From positions 372,001 to 436,000 of the forward strand of contig NW_003314369.1 of the NCBI RefSeq assembly GCF_000143415.4: a DNA stretch of 64,000 nucleotides, given 5' to 3'. Source of the DNA: Selaginella moellendorffii. Taxonomy: Eukaryota; Plantae; Lycopodiophyta. The translations under genes were made by a program, and so were the position numbers. The notes under the pieces were generated by a model, which saw only the letters and a program-made list of their open reading frames with translations, was not told the DNA's origin and did not search any database. This document shows, piece by piece, positions 1 through 11,453 of the stretch. Each line of letters starts with the position of its first letter. The first letter of the stretch is position 1.

Positions 1-280
1 GGATTGGTTCCAGGATTTGAATCTAGAGCTTCCAATGTAGCATGACAAATTGTTGGACAAGCTGAAAGTCCTGGGCTAGATTTGGGAACCATCTTGGGAG
101 AGGCCCCAAGTCGTCATCTGGATTTTGGTGGCAGAATGGAATTACAGGCAGCTGTCAGGGTTGCAATGGCAAGAATGTGAAAATCTGAATAACCCAGAGT
201 ATGATTGAGAGAATGACCACCTGAAGCTTCAAGAGTGGTTGTAGAAATTGAAGCATTGTGGGGATACTAAGAATGTGGAC

Positions 281-406
281 AAGGTGCCATTCGCCTCAAT
301 CTTTCTCAAAGATCTGGCATTGGAGTGGTTTCATAACTTGGAACCCAGAATCTTTCCAGACTGGGAGCAGTTCAAAACAATGATCACAGACACATTCACG
401 GTTTAG
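281..406 (+). mobile_element. Retrotransposon gag (capsid-like) remnant
   Basis: Manual translation KVPFASIFLKDLALEWFHNLEPRIFPDWEQFKTMITDTF matches the Ty3/gypsy gag pattern (L..A..W......W..FK......F); interrupted by stops. Confidence 0.45.
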
Positions 407-1433
407 AATTTCCCTTCAACAAACTTTGTGATCTTTGTTATGACTGTCAACGTCAAACTCTCTAAGCTTTTTAACACCTTGTGGTTGCAAGCTCGGTATG
501 AGGTGGTGGGTGTTAGTCAATGTTATGGAGCAGCATTGCCATCAACCATGGCTGGAGATGTGCTCAAACAAAGCAGCTATGGTAGCAGACCTTGGTGGGA
601 GAGTACATTTCTGTGGATATGGACTCAATCTCAAACAATGAGGAGATCTTGGCTTGAGAAGCTAGAGGAATGTCTTCCAGATCAGACTCTTTGACGGATG
701 ATCTCATTACTTTGACATGGATTTAATCTGCCAAGTGTTCATGAAACGTTTTTTAAAAACTTTGGCCATGCAAAGCTGATATATTTAAACTTGGTGGTTG
801 TCCCTGATTCGAGCACATGGAAATCTCTACTAACCATGAAAGATTTGCTTGGCCTAGCATTAGCTCAAGTACACTTGCTCTTTTATCCTCTTTGTAGCCA
901 CTTCTGGCCTGTTCCCAGTGGTCTTATGCTTCCAGATGGGAGCAAACAAACCCCCAAAACATGTATTATTATTGTTTGAGTGCAAGTAAAATCACAGCTA
1001 TGGAACAAACGAAAGTGGTGGTAGGCTTAACATTTCTTCTGTTTAGGTTTGAGCTGAAGTATGTAATAGGATGGTGTGAGTGTCAGAAGTTTCACATGCT
1101 AAAATTTGAACGTTCACTGCCACAAAATCTCATTATCATAAACTTCCCTTTTGTTGGACTCTTCTTATATATATATACACCTTTATCACCTACAATCAAG
1201 CAGTGTTGTATTTCCACCCTAAAAAGGGCCGGGCCACTGCTACTGGGAGTGACGCGCATTTCCTTGTCCTCCTGCCACTGGGGAACCCTAGCCCCGACCC
1301 AGAAAGAAGAGAGCTTCAGAGACGCCCTAGCCACTGGAGACGATGCGGACTCCAAAGCTTTTGTTGGATCACGTTGAATGCGCCTTCCGGATCCCAGGCA
1401 CTTATCCACCGAGGGTTAGGGTTGCTCAACACC

Positions 1434-3665
1434 ATGGGGAGACGAACGAGGCAGATCTTCGAGGCTGCACAGGGTTTCACCTTGCCAGTTGCGGAAGACT
1501 TCCGGAGCCAACGCGGTGTTTGTAGGTGGGTGAATCGATTTGTATTCGGCGAAGATGCCGCCGCCGCGGCCTTGCGGGTGGGAGCTTGGCCCGAGCGACA
1601 TCGACTGGCAGAATGTAGAGATAAGGAGGAGTTCATGGCTGTTGTGGAATCCATTGAGGAGAGCGACCAAAGTGACGATGACACGACTGACATGAGAGGC
1701 GCAGTAGCAGTTGAAAAGGTGGCTGGCCAGGACGCAGCGCGAGCAGCCTTCTTCGAGTATCCTCTTGAGGACGAGGACGTACTGGAAGAGCTTTGGTCCA
1801 AAATCAAAAGGGATTATTGGACCTGGGCGCTCGGCAACGCTTACGTGGCACCGTTGTTTGCTATTGTGCAGAGTAGCGGCTGGGGTAAGTCAAGGCTGGC
1901 TTTTGAGCTCCACCGGAAGGGCTTGTACATCATCTACATTTCGTGCATGAAGGCCAGCCACTCCGGATTTCCCGGCCGGACTCCACACTTAGCTGCATGG
2001 ATTACTCAAGGCAAGCAGGTAACAGTACTGCGGGTGGCCGCGCTTTTGCTCGCCAGCATTGAGGCCCTCGCGGGTTATGTCAAAGGAGGTGGCGATCCTC
2101 ATGGCTGGATCCTCGACCAGACGGATCCCACCCGTGGCTTTCCTGTAGCAAACGACATAGCAAGTCGACTCCAAGCCTGTACGAGGCGTCTTGAAGCATC
2201 TGCAGCTGCAAAGGCTGCTGCTTTGCCCAGGACGTTTGAAAGACGCACGAGTAGAGAGTCTCACACATACAATGCCGTTGGGGAAGCATTAAAGACTGCT
2301 CTCCGAGACTTTCCTTTGGATGGTATTGCTTCCGATGGTATTACGCAACGACCGGATCAACGCCTCAAGGTGCTGTTTTGTTTTGACGAGGCTAGCGAGC
2401 TGGCGGAGCTGGAACTGGAGGGTGGCATGGATACGGCATTTACACTGCTGAGGCGGGTCCTGGGTAAAGCAGAGTTTGGTCTGTGGGCTCTAGTGCTTGG
2501 TACCAATTCGCGACTATTGGACTTCGTGCCATCCAAGGCGATGGATCCCACCAGAAAGGTGCGGGCTCGAGACTATAAACTGTTCAAGCCGTTTTGGTTA
2601 ACGGCCACTGCTGCTGTGCCTGGGGATCTCTCTTCCGGATCCCCAGAAAGCGTCTTCTGCCTAGGAAGACCCCTGTGGCGAGCTTTTATGGACAAAGGGT
2701 ACACTTTCAAGGGCTTACGTTTACTTGCAGTGGACAAGCTCAACTGTTCTGGCGAAGTAACAGATGCAACGGTGATTGCTGTTCTCGGCTGTACCATCGG
2801 CCTGGATGTTGCGTCATGGTCCGAAGCAGCGGAGACGAGTGTGGCTTCTCACATGATGACAGCTTGCTGGATTTCTGACGACCGGCGACGGCTTCATGTC
2901 TCGAATGCCGCAGAACCTGTTCTTGCGGCGGCCGCAGCAGGGTTTTTGCTTCAAGAGGTGACACTAAACAAAGTCCTCGGCGAGCTCTCCAAGATGTGCA
3001 AGGAAGGAGTGGTAACAGGGGGCCCCGGGGAAATTGTCACCAGGTTACTGCTGCTACTGGCGATGCTAGCGTGTCGCAGGGACGCGGGCGATCCCACGTT
3101 CACGGGAGAGATAAAGCTGGGAGCATTCCTGTCAAAACTGCTGGGAAAAGTTCCTCACGGTCTAGCCGGCACAGTGGACCTTGATGCGGGGCTCAACTTC
3201 AACGGCTTCTCGCCAACTTGTAGGAACTTGGAGCGCGGCATAATCAACGAGTGCTTGCAGCACATTCGAGCGTTGACGTGCAAGCCTGGACAGGAAGCCG
3301 TGGACAACGTTGTCCCGAGCACTGGCGGTCCAATTGGGATTCAGGCGAAGCGCTGGGAAAGCAACAACTCCACAAAGATGAGGAGAGCGGTTGGAAAGCT
3401 CGAGGCTGGTGTTGGTGGAGTGAACTTTATGCTCGGTATCATTTTACAGCTCGGCTCCCCTGAGCATCGTATCGTTGTTGAAGGTGCTGCCAACCGGACC
3501 ATAGTCGTGTATGGGCTATCTTCCGAGTTGTTTCCGTTTCTCACCCAAGCCACTGCCGACAAACTGCTAGATGTGTTGAAAGTCGGGAGTGCTGAATACT
3601 TGCTCCACATGACCGATGGGGAGCAGCGCATTGTGAGACGCATGCTTCCGCTGACTTATCTGTAG
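1434..3665 (+). CDS. Intronless Crinkler/RHS-like P-loop NTPase with C-terminal PD-(D/E)xK-type nuclease (family A)
   Basis: Within ORF 1203..3665; first in-frame ATG at 1434 (ACCATGG). Walker A AIVQSSGWGKSR, Walker B LFCFDEA, GRPLW, AEPVLAAAA, GGPGEIVTRLLLL, nuclease-like GQEAVDNVVP...IGIQAK. Confidence 0.75.
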   Translation: MGRRTRQIFEAAQGFTLPVAEDFRSQRGVCRWVNRFVFGEDAAAAALRVGAWPERHRLAECRDKEEFMAVVESIEESDQSDDDTTDMRGAVAVEKVAGQDAARAAFFEYPLEDEDVLEELWSKIKRDYWTWALGNAYVAPLFAIVQSSGWGKSRLAFELHRKGLYIIYISCMKASHSGFPGRTPHLAAWITQGKQVTVLRVAALLLASIEALAGYVKGGGDPHGWILDQTDPTRGFPVANDIASRLQACTRRLEASAAAKAAALPRTFERRTSRESHTYNAVGEALKTALRDFPLDGIASDGITQRPDQRLKVLFCFDEASELAELELEGGMDTAFTLLRRVLGKAEFGLWALVLGTNSRLLDFVPSKAMDPTRKVRARDYKLFKPFWLTATAAVPGDLSSGSPESVFCLGRPLWRAFMDKGYTFKGLRLLAVDKLNCSGEVTDATVIAVLGCTIGLDVASWSEAAETSVASHMMTACWISDDRRRLHVSNAAEPVLAAAAAGFLLQEVTLNKVLGELSKMCKEGVVTGGPGEIVTRLLLLLAMLACRRDAGDPTFTGEIKLGAFLSKLLGKVPHGLAGTVDLDAGLNFNGFSPTCRNLERGIINECLQHIRALTCKPGQEAVDNVVPSTGGPIGIQAKRWESNNSTKMRRAVGKLEAGVGGVNFMLGIILQLGSPEHRIVVEGAANRTIVVYGLSSELFPFLTQATADKLLDVLKVGSAEYLLHMTDGEQRIVRRMLPLTYL

Positions 3666-3879
3666 TTTTGTTGGCGGAGACAGATTACTCATGGAACGCT
3701 TTCGTCAATAACAAGTGCAATATATGAGATGAAATTGTTGGATAGCGTCTTTGTGTCCTCCACACCATGGGATTGATTGATTTGTTCCTTCATTGGGACT
3801 AACGGTACGGCACGTACCAATGATCACGTGATTGTCCGGATCCGAACTTCCGATCTGGATACAGGGTTTATAGTACAGA

Positions 3880-4720
3880 CCGCGTGACGGCGAGCTTGCC
3901 CTCGAGTTCATGGAGGATGCCGAGCCGCGCGACAATGTGAGTCGAGTCCGCATTCTTGGTCTGGGACAGAGATTACCCGAAGTTCGGGGCACTGGTCTCC
4001 GCCGTCTTGTGCATGGAAGGTGGATTCCCTTGGCCAATTGGATCATTGGGGAGGAAACTGCAAATGGCTGCTCGCCTCAGAGATTATCTCAACCCCTAGC
4101 TAGATCTTTGCAACAGCACGGAATGCATTGAGACAATCTTTGAGTCTATTCGGCATGCTACAGGGATCTGTCTGGTAGGAAGCCTTAGGGACTGCTATCC
4201 GGCGCTTGCCTTTGGATGGTGTTGCTGGTGATCGCCTCAAGGTGTTGTTTTGCTTTGACAAGCTGGCGGAGTTTAAACCGCATGGTGGCCTTCAGGATTT
4301 ACGCTGCTGAGGCGAGTTCTTGGAAGAGCAACTTCTGGTGTGTGGGCTCTGGTGCTTGGTACCAATCCATCTTCGACTATTGCACCACCAAAGGAATCGC
4401 TGTCGCAAACAGGGACTTGCACTGTGCCTCCCCCAGTTTGTCGGCCTGATCCGGCCTTCTTTTTCTGCCTTGGAAGACCATTGTGGCGAGCTTTGGGAGC
4501 AGCGGCCTTGCATTTGAACTGTTATGGCGGTCTGAACAGATGCAAACGTGATCGTGGCCCTGGGCCTACCATCATGGTCCCGAGCAGCAGAGAATTAGAG
4601 TATGGAGCACATGATGACAACATCATTTGTAGTCGCAGTCAAAGTCCACGCTCATGCTGCGTCAGCTCCAGGGTAGACGCAGCCATGACCTATTGCACTC
4701 TTGATGAGCATCTCAACTTC
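3880..4720 (+). pseudogene. Decayed tandem copy of the family A NTPase-nuclease gene
   Basis: Collinear matches to 1890-3200 (e.g. cgcctcaaggtgttgttttgctttgac; tgtgggctctggtgcttggtaccaat; FCLGRPLWRA) with many deletions and frameshifts. Confidence 0.75.
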
Positions 4721-6289
4721 TCTATCATGGTATCAGATTTTTAGTCGCTCCCAGTGATCTTCATACTTTGATCAACTATAAGTGATTCCTATGGAGATAC
4801 GGTGAGCCACGCTGCGTCTTCTATCTTGGAGCAGCATCTCATCCCTTTCTACAACAGAGATTTCTCTCATAACTATTGTGTCAGGAACTAAACTAGAACC
4901 AGCTGCTGGATCTGCAGAACTCCCTGACTGGCAAATCAGAAACAAGTATCTATCCACAATTGGAATTGGCCTGGGCGAGCAGTACATTTATCTCTTAGAC
5001 AACTCAAATGATGGAACGGGGCAATTTTTTACACTTCGTTACAATTAAAGACATCCATTATTTTGAAAAGCCATCCAAAATATGTGTCAACTTAAGTTCA
5101 AATTTACCCTATTTGCCCATGTGTCTACAAAAATATCCTAAATCCACCCAACTCACTTGTTAAACTAACTAGTTAAGCTAATTGTTTGTTAAGAGGAATC
5201 CCACAAAAGAGGATGATAAAGTGTGTTTGGGAGGATGATGTGTGTTTCCACTAGTCCAAATGCAAGCCACCTTAGAATTGGCAGAATAGGGGCTTTAAAG
5301 CACCAAATAAGGTGCAATTGCCCCCTGTGAATTCTAGCATTGGAGTTGCAAATTCTCCACCTACCTTAACAATGATCTTATGCAGGCATTAGTGATAGCC
5401 AAGAGACTGCTGATGTCCACCATGATCTCCACCGCAATCAATTAAATCATCCAGTTACCTAAGAGAAAATATTGGAAGCAAGTCCACTCCAAAACATTAG
5501 GGATTGCAATACCTCTTCCAAGTAGCGACTAGTGTTGGTGTGTTAGCTCCACTCCAAACTCTATTGCTATGTGTGCAATGGCATTAAAGGTAGCGATGAT
5601 GTGGATGCCCATGTGGCACTTGAATATAGAAAGTTCTTCCTCCTCATGTGTGCATTTCTCCACTGTTTTCATGGTATCTCTTCAACCTTTTCCTTCAACA
5701 ATAGTAATTGGCTCCTTGATCTTGGGCATGGCACTTGCTGGTGAGGAGGCCAGTGACGAGGACAAAGATGAGCTTCTTGATTGCAATCCCTTTTTGCCAT
5801 ACTTGAAGGTTTTGTTAGATGCATGGATGCTTTAAAGCCGTAGCAGTAAGAAAGATAATGGGAGATTGAGAGATTTTAACAATCTATATCAAGAATTGGG
5901 TCAAAATTCAAAAATATTGTATAACAATGCTTTGTAGGTGTTTATGGAGATTAAGTGCTTGGTAGCAGCAAGAAACCAAGACCATATACTTATGGCAAAA
6001 TTGAAGCCTTAACAAGGAGCAAGAGTGTGTGTAAACAAGGCCAAGACCAAAAACTAAATTTTGGGTATTTGATTGATGAATTTTTCATATGTTTTTCTTA
6101 TCAGCTCTTCAACATCTTAGACTAAGTAAGCACAATTATTCAAGCTTGAGTGTTAGAGGTAGAGATGATGAATGCCAAAGTGGCAGTAGTTTCCATGTAT
6201 ATATACCATCCATATATAGTACATCATTTTGTGATTTTGTTTGCCAAAGCCTCTCTAGCTTTTTGTGGCTATGGCCGAGTACTGACAAG

Positions 6290-6571
6290 TCTATATTTCT
6301 GTTTCAGCAACCCAGCAGTGATAACACTTCAAGCTAGGTAAGCACTTGCTTTTGTCTGTCTAGCTTGCTAATGAGTTCTTTTTGGATCAGGTTGTGTTGT
6401 AGTGTCCAAGTTGCTGGATGTATATGGACAAAAACTGCAGCACACAAGGTGTTTTCACCGGACGCCGGTGCCAACCTGCAAGTTGCCTCTTCTGGACAAT
6501 GGTGGTTTATGTACGGACTTGGGAGAATATTTTACTTTGGTCGGAAGGGAGGAGACGATTCAGCATCTGAT
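6290..6571 (+). pseudogene. Fragment (exon 2, intron 2, start of exon 3) of the family B coiled-coil/NTPase/nuclease gene
   Basis: Encodes PAVITLQA / SKLLDVYGQKLQHTRCFHR..CKLPLLDNGGLCTDLGEYFTLVGREETIQHLM, near-identical to ~7915-8190, then homology ends abruptly. Confidence 0.8.
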
Positions 6572-6825
6572 GGATGTATATGGAGATTCTTATCTTTCTT
6601 ATATAAAGTTAATCTTTAATAGTTATTATTTTACTTCTATATATAGTTCATGACTCTATATACAAAAAATATTTGTAAATATTGACAGGCTGACAGCCTT
6701 CCGCAAACGGCCCAGCTTGGTCAACATGTGAGATTTATCTAAGCCCAGCTCATATTCCTTATTGACAAGTGAACAATCCAACATTTAGTGAATTATGCTT
6801 CACATTTGCCAAGATAATAGGCAAA

Positions 6826-9800
6826 ATCCATGAAGGAGTTGAATATATTTATTGTTAAGAGAAGAAGGTTGCAAAATGATATCATAACCCGTGTACAAGT
6901 CCCACACTGAATCAAAACCATGAAAGAAGAAGTGCACGGGAGCAAAACAATGGGTAAGGATGACTTTAAGGATAGTCAAATATAATGTCATAACCAAATA
7001 TACATGATCAAGAGAGATGCCTCTAGCCTACACTTCGATCAATGAAGTAGCATTATTGCCACCTAGGATCAAGAGCATATACCTCAACAAACCACTCTTA
7101 ACATCCAATCCCCCTCCAGTCTTAAGAGCCAGGTCAGAGCAGGAGACCCACTCAAGCTCCTGTCTCGCAGCTTGTCCCGCACTAGATGCTCCGTGACAAA
7201 GCTGGCAAATGTCCATTGCCACCACTCAATCCAGATACAAGATCTGTTGCTTAACCGGAGGTGGATCCTCATGGTGGAGCTTGATGTGGAACATGCGGGA
7301 CGAAGCCAACCTGCCTAGAACGGCCCAAAGAACCACAGGTGCAACTTCATCCGTGCCATAGTCCATTGTCCCAGAGTGTACCTTTGGGTCGCCAACCTCA
7401 ACGGAACGAAAGGAGCTATGCTCGGTCGCTGCTAATCGCTGATATATAGTTTACAGGGGCGTCACTACCTTTCCCTCAAGCACAGTACGCTCCAGGTCGA
7501 CCGCCACACTATCAAGAGCAACAGCATCCTTCAGGTGGGGAAGGGCATATTTTAGAAGTTTTATGGGCCCGCAGAGCCCATTTGGCGACTAGGGTTAACA
7601 ATGTCTGCATCCATTGCGAGGCAAATTGAAGCACTCGAGGACAAGATCGAAGCACTCAAGCAGCAAATCGAAGCACTCAAGAAGCTAATCGAAGAGGCAA
7701 AAGATCCATGGGAGAGGGAGGAGCTGCGGGACGAGAGGCAGCAGCTGCAGGACGAGAGGGAGCAGCTGCAGGATAGACAGCAGCAGCTGTGGGATGCCTT
7801 GTTAAACCAGAGTAAGTGGTCTATCTCGTTTCGTGGTTTTGTTGCCCTTCGTGGCTGGCCTCCTCTATGTTTGCCTGTTTCCTCGTTTTGTGGCTAAGTA
7901 TTTGCTTATTTGTTATATTTCTATTTCAGCGACCCCGGCGGCGATAACACTTCAAGCTGCGCCAGGTAAGCACTCGCTAAAGAGTTCGTTTTGGATCGGT
8001 TTGTGTTGTAGTGTCCAAGTTGCTGGATGTATACGGAGAACAACTGCAGCGCGCAAGGTGTTTTCACCGGATGCCTGAGACGAGGGTGCCAACCTGCAAG
8101 TTGCCTCTTCTGGACAACGGTGGTTTATGTACGGACTTGGGAGAATATTTTACTTTGGTCGGAAGGGAGGAGACGATTCAGCATCTGATGGCAGCCGCTG
8201 CAAGGGTGTTTGGAACTTTCATGAACACGACGGCCAATGCCTCGGATATTGAACAAAGAGAGTTCTTGTTGATGCTCATCGGATTTCCCGGCGCAGGTAA
8301 AACAACTGTCGGGACATGCCTCTCAGCTCTTCTCAGAGAAGCGTGGGAGAGGGACACAAAAACAGGGGATATAGATGGCCTTGTAGAGGATCAGCTAGGC
8401 GACAAAGGGCTTGTGAAGCAGTTCAAAGAAATGGTGAACAACGTGTTGGAGACCGGCAGAGATCTTACAATGTATCATTCGATTGAAACTACGAGGGCAG
8501 GGGATGTAACTCTCCTGGAGAACGGCCTGGCAGCAGAACAGGTTTTGGCCCTTCGGTGCTTTCATGCAGCTCTTTGTCCAGTGCATACTACTGGTTATGG
8601 CGGCTTTCTCAGGCAGTTGGATGACAAATTTCCAGGCCTGAGGAATGTGCTGACTTTCGGAGATGTGATCGACTTCATTCGAACTGGTCTTAAGGTTCCT
8701 GCAGATAAGCGAATTTTCCTATCTTGGTTTTTTGATGATGTCAACAAGGCCCGGCCTCAGCACGGCCGCCCACCCGCATCGTCCTGGATTCATGATGCTT
8801 TCTCGGCCTATGTTCAACATATCAAAGACAACCGAGGTGGCCTGACGTTTCCTATACTTACAGCAGCAACGACCGAATTTGCCGGGGCCACAATGCGCTA
8901 CACATCAACGGAGAAGGCTCTGAGTATTTTTATACCTATCAGGCCTTTGAAAGAGCAGGAGGTGGTCAGAGTTACGAAAATCTTCCTTACAAGACTAGGT
9001 AATACTCTGGACATGGAGAAACCATTTGAGCTGAAGGACGGACTAAGGAACCTGATAAAGTTATCAGGAGGGAATCCTCGCATGCTTGTTCACCTTTTGA
9101 GAGGGTTGATGCCTGACCTGGATGTTTCGAAGTTCTATGAAAAGGTTTCCTTGTCTTTTATCTTGATGTGATGAGAAAATTTTCTATGTTTGTTACAGGT
9201 GAATCAAGATCTCACTCAAATCGATCTCCATAACACAATAACGACCGCCTGGGGTAATATCAAACGTGGTTTTTATTATCGGTACCTCAAGGACGAGAAG
9301 TATTTGTTGGTGTTACGAGCTTTTTATGTTGCGCTGCTGGGGACCCTGATCAGTCGGGAAGAACTAGTCTGGCCAGGTAGCAGATACGAAGATAACTGGG
9401 GGTCCTTAGAGTCTTGCGGTTTAGTTGGACTCTTACACAACGAGGTACTATTTTGATATCTCAGAGTTTATGTCAGAACTTATGGTTGTCAATTACAGGA
9501 GCTGCCATCTAACAAGAAGATTAAATTATCAAGAGATGAAGATGCTGCGTTCTCCATCGTGTTCTCTCCACTCCTCATTTACCATCTCGTCGAGAACTTA
9601 CATGTGGCGGAGCTCCAGGATTTGTGTCCACCTAAACTAATTTCTAATCCCAAAAACAAGGAGGTATCTGATCTAATGTCCATTGTGTTGATGATCTATA
9701 TGTTGCGGCTTTTTCATGATCGTGAGGGGAAAGGAACAGTGTTTGAGTTTAAACTCGAAGAGATTCTTCCCTCCAATTTCCACATTCCTGCAAGTATGCA

Positions 9801-10850
9801 AGCTTTGAAGTTCCGGCTGCCAACTGGTGCAAAGTTTGGACGTCCGACACATCAGCCTCATCAGATACATACAGCAGACGTATTTCAGGCCTTCCTAAGA
9901 GACAACAGTCAGCAGTGTTATTGGGTTGGTGCTGGCAACCACGGACCTGATAGCTTCATCCATCTGCAGCTGATGGATGCTGAGAACAAGCTGCAAGATT
10001 TCTTTTTATTTATTGAGAGCAAACACAGGTATAAAAAACCTTTATAAAGCTCAATGTAATGTACTGTATAACAGGGATGTTTATGAAGGGCAGCAAGCCA
10101 ACTGGGAAGAAAACTTTGAGAAAAAAATATGGACAATAAAGCATTGGATGAATGAAGGTATTTATTTTCTAGTTGTGGGAGGTTAATTGTGTTTATTTTC
10201 AGGTGAGAATTACGCCATGGTCTTTATGACCGATCAAGCATTGGGTAACTTGATTTCCAAAGTCACAAAATCTGAAAGGATGGTGGTGCTTGTGCCAAAG
10301 GTTCATGAATGTTTGTATGGGTATCCAGCACAGAGTCCATTTGGTAAGTTATTTTAATGCTTTTATTATTAGTCTTTTATGTTTTATTTGTAGGTTTATT
10401 AGGTGCTGTGTGTTTTGATCTCGTCTACAAACCTAGTAATGAGCAAAATGACAGTTTTGATGAAGAGCCCAGCACGAAGAGGAGTCGTTGGTGTTTTTAA
10501 AATGCTGTTACCACATTTACTCATTTACCAATAATATTAAATTTGTAACACTATGTGACGATTTAGTTCACAAATCTTTGAAATTGTGAAATGTTAGATG
10601 TGAATTAACATATGTGTGTGTGTATAAACTATAATGCTTGAGTATGCATAAACACCCCATGCGTGCAAAGATTTGTGCTATATTGATGCTATGAAGGAAA
10701 ATTTGTGTAGTTCTTGTTGCGATGTCCAAGGAACAGATTAATCGGCCTTTTGTGTGATGACACACAATTTTAAGTAATCGCTAATAAGCTCCCATACCAA
10801 GCATTGCCCAGTTGGGCAACAATGTTTAGCACTGGTCTATAGTCCTTTTT
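6826..10850. repeat. Left arm of ~4-kb inverted repeat (pairs with 13565..17563)
   Basis: atccatgaaggagttgaatata at 6826 is the reverse complement of the sequence ending at 17563; gttgggcaacaatgtttagcact at ~10811 pairs with ~13582-13604; paired ORFs are near-identical. Confidence 0.9.
7601..10500 (+). CDS. Coiled-coil + STAND/Crinkler-like P-loop NTPase + PD-(D/E)xK nuclease + NLS (family B, copy 1), 8 exons, 828 aa
   Basis: Exons 7601-7811, 7930-7965, 8012-9144, 9199-9444, 9499-10028, 10075-10157, 10203-10343, 10394-10500; all GT-AG and in frame (2487 nt). Motifs LIGFPGAGKTT, WFFDD, SGGNPRML, NHGPDSF...FLFIESKH, C-terminal PSTKRSR. Confidence 0.8.
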
Positions 10851-10937
10851 TGGTTTGCTTAAGCATAGGGGGATTGGGATGGTAGTGAATATACCTAAAA
10901 TATGCTTGGATATTCTAGGATATTCTACCATCTAACA

Positions 10938-11312
10938 GTTGGTATTCATTTAGATTAATTTGGTATTTATAATTTATAAACATGTTTATAATTTATAAAC
11001 TTTCCTAAACCCTTTCTAGTATATTATTTTTATTCTATTATCTAATGGTTGATATGCAATAAGATTAATCTTGTGTTTATAAATTACTAACATGCTTATG
11101 ATTATAAACTTTATTTGATCAATTCGGTTGGTATTCATTTAGATTAATCTGGTATTTATAATTTATAAACATGTTTATAATTTATAAACTTTCCTAAACC
11201 CTTTCTAGTATATTATTTTTATTCTATTATCTAATGGTTGATATGCAATAAGATTAATCTTGTGTTTATAAATTACTAACATGCTTATGATTATAAACTT
11301 TATTTGATCAAT
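10938..11312. repeat. AT-rich tandem direct duplication, 189-bp period, with internal palindromes
   Basis: gttggtattcatttagattaat... starts at 10938 and 11127; each unit contains the perfect palindrome ttataaacatgtttataa. Confidence 0.85.
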
Positions 11313-11453
11313 TAGATTAATAAGTAATAATAAAACTACCATTAAGCAAACCAAGCGTTGCTACATGCAATGCGTAGCAATTTATTTAATCTATATGTTT
11401 AAATACCTCGTACGGACGAGGTACGGTAATAGGGATTAGCATAGATCTTGAGA

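Noticed and set aside
5230-5835. Possible retroelement gag/protease remnant on the minus strand
   Set aside because: Only vague similarity, with many stops and no diagnostic motif
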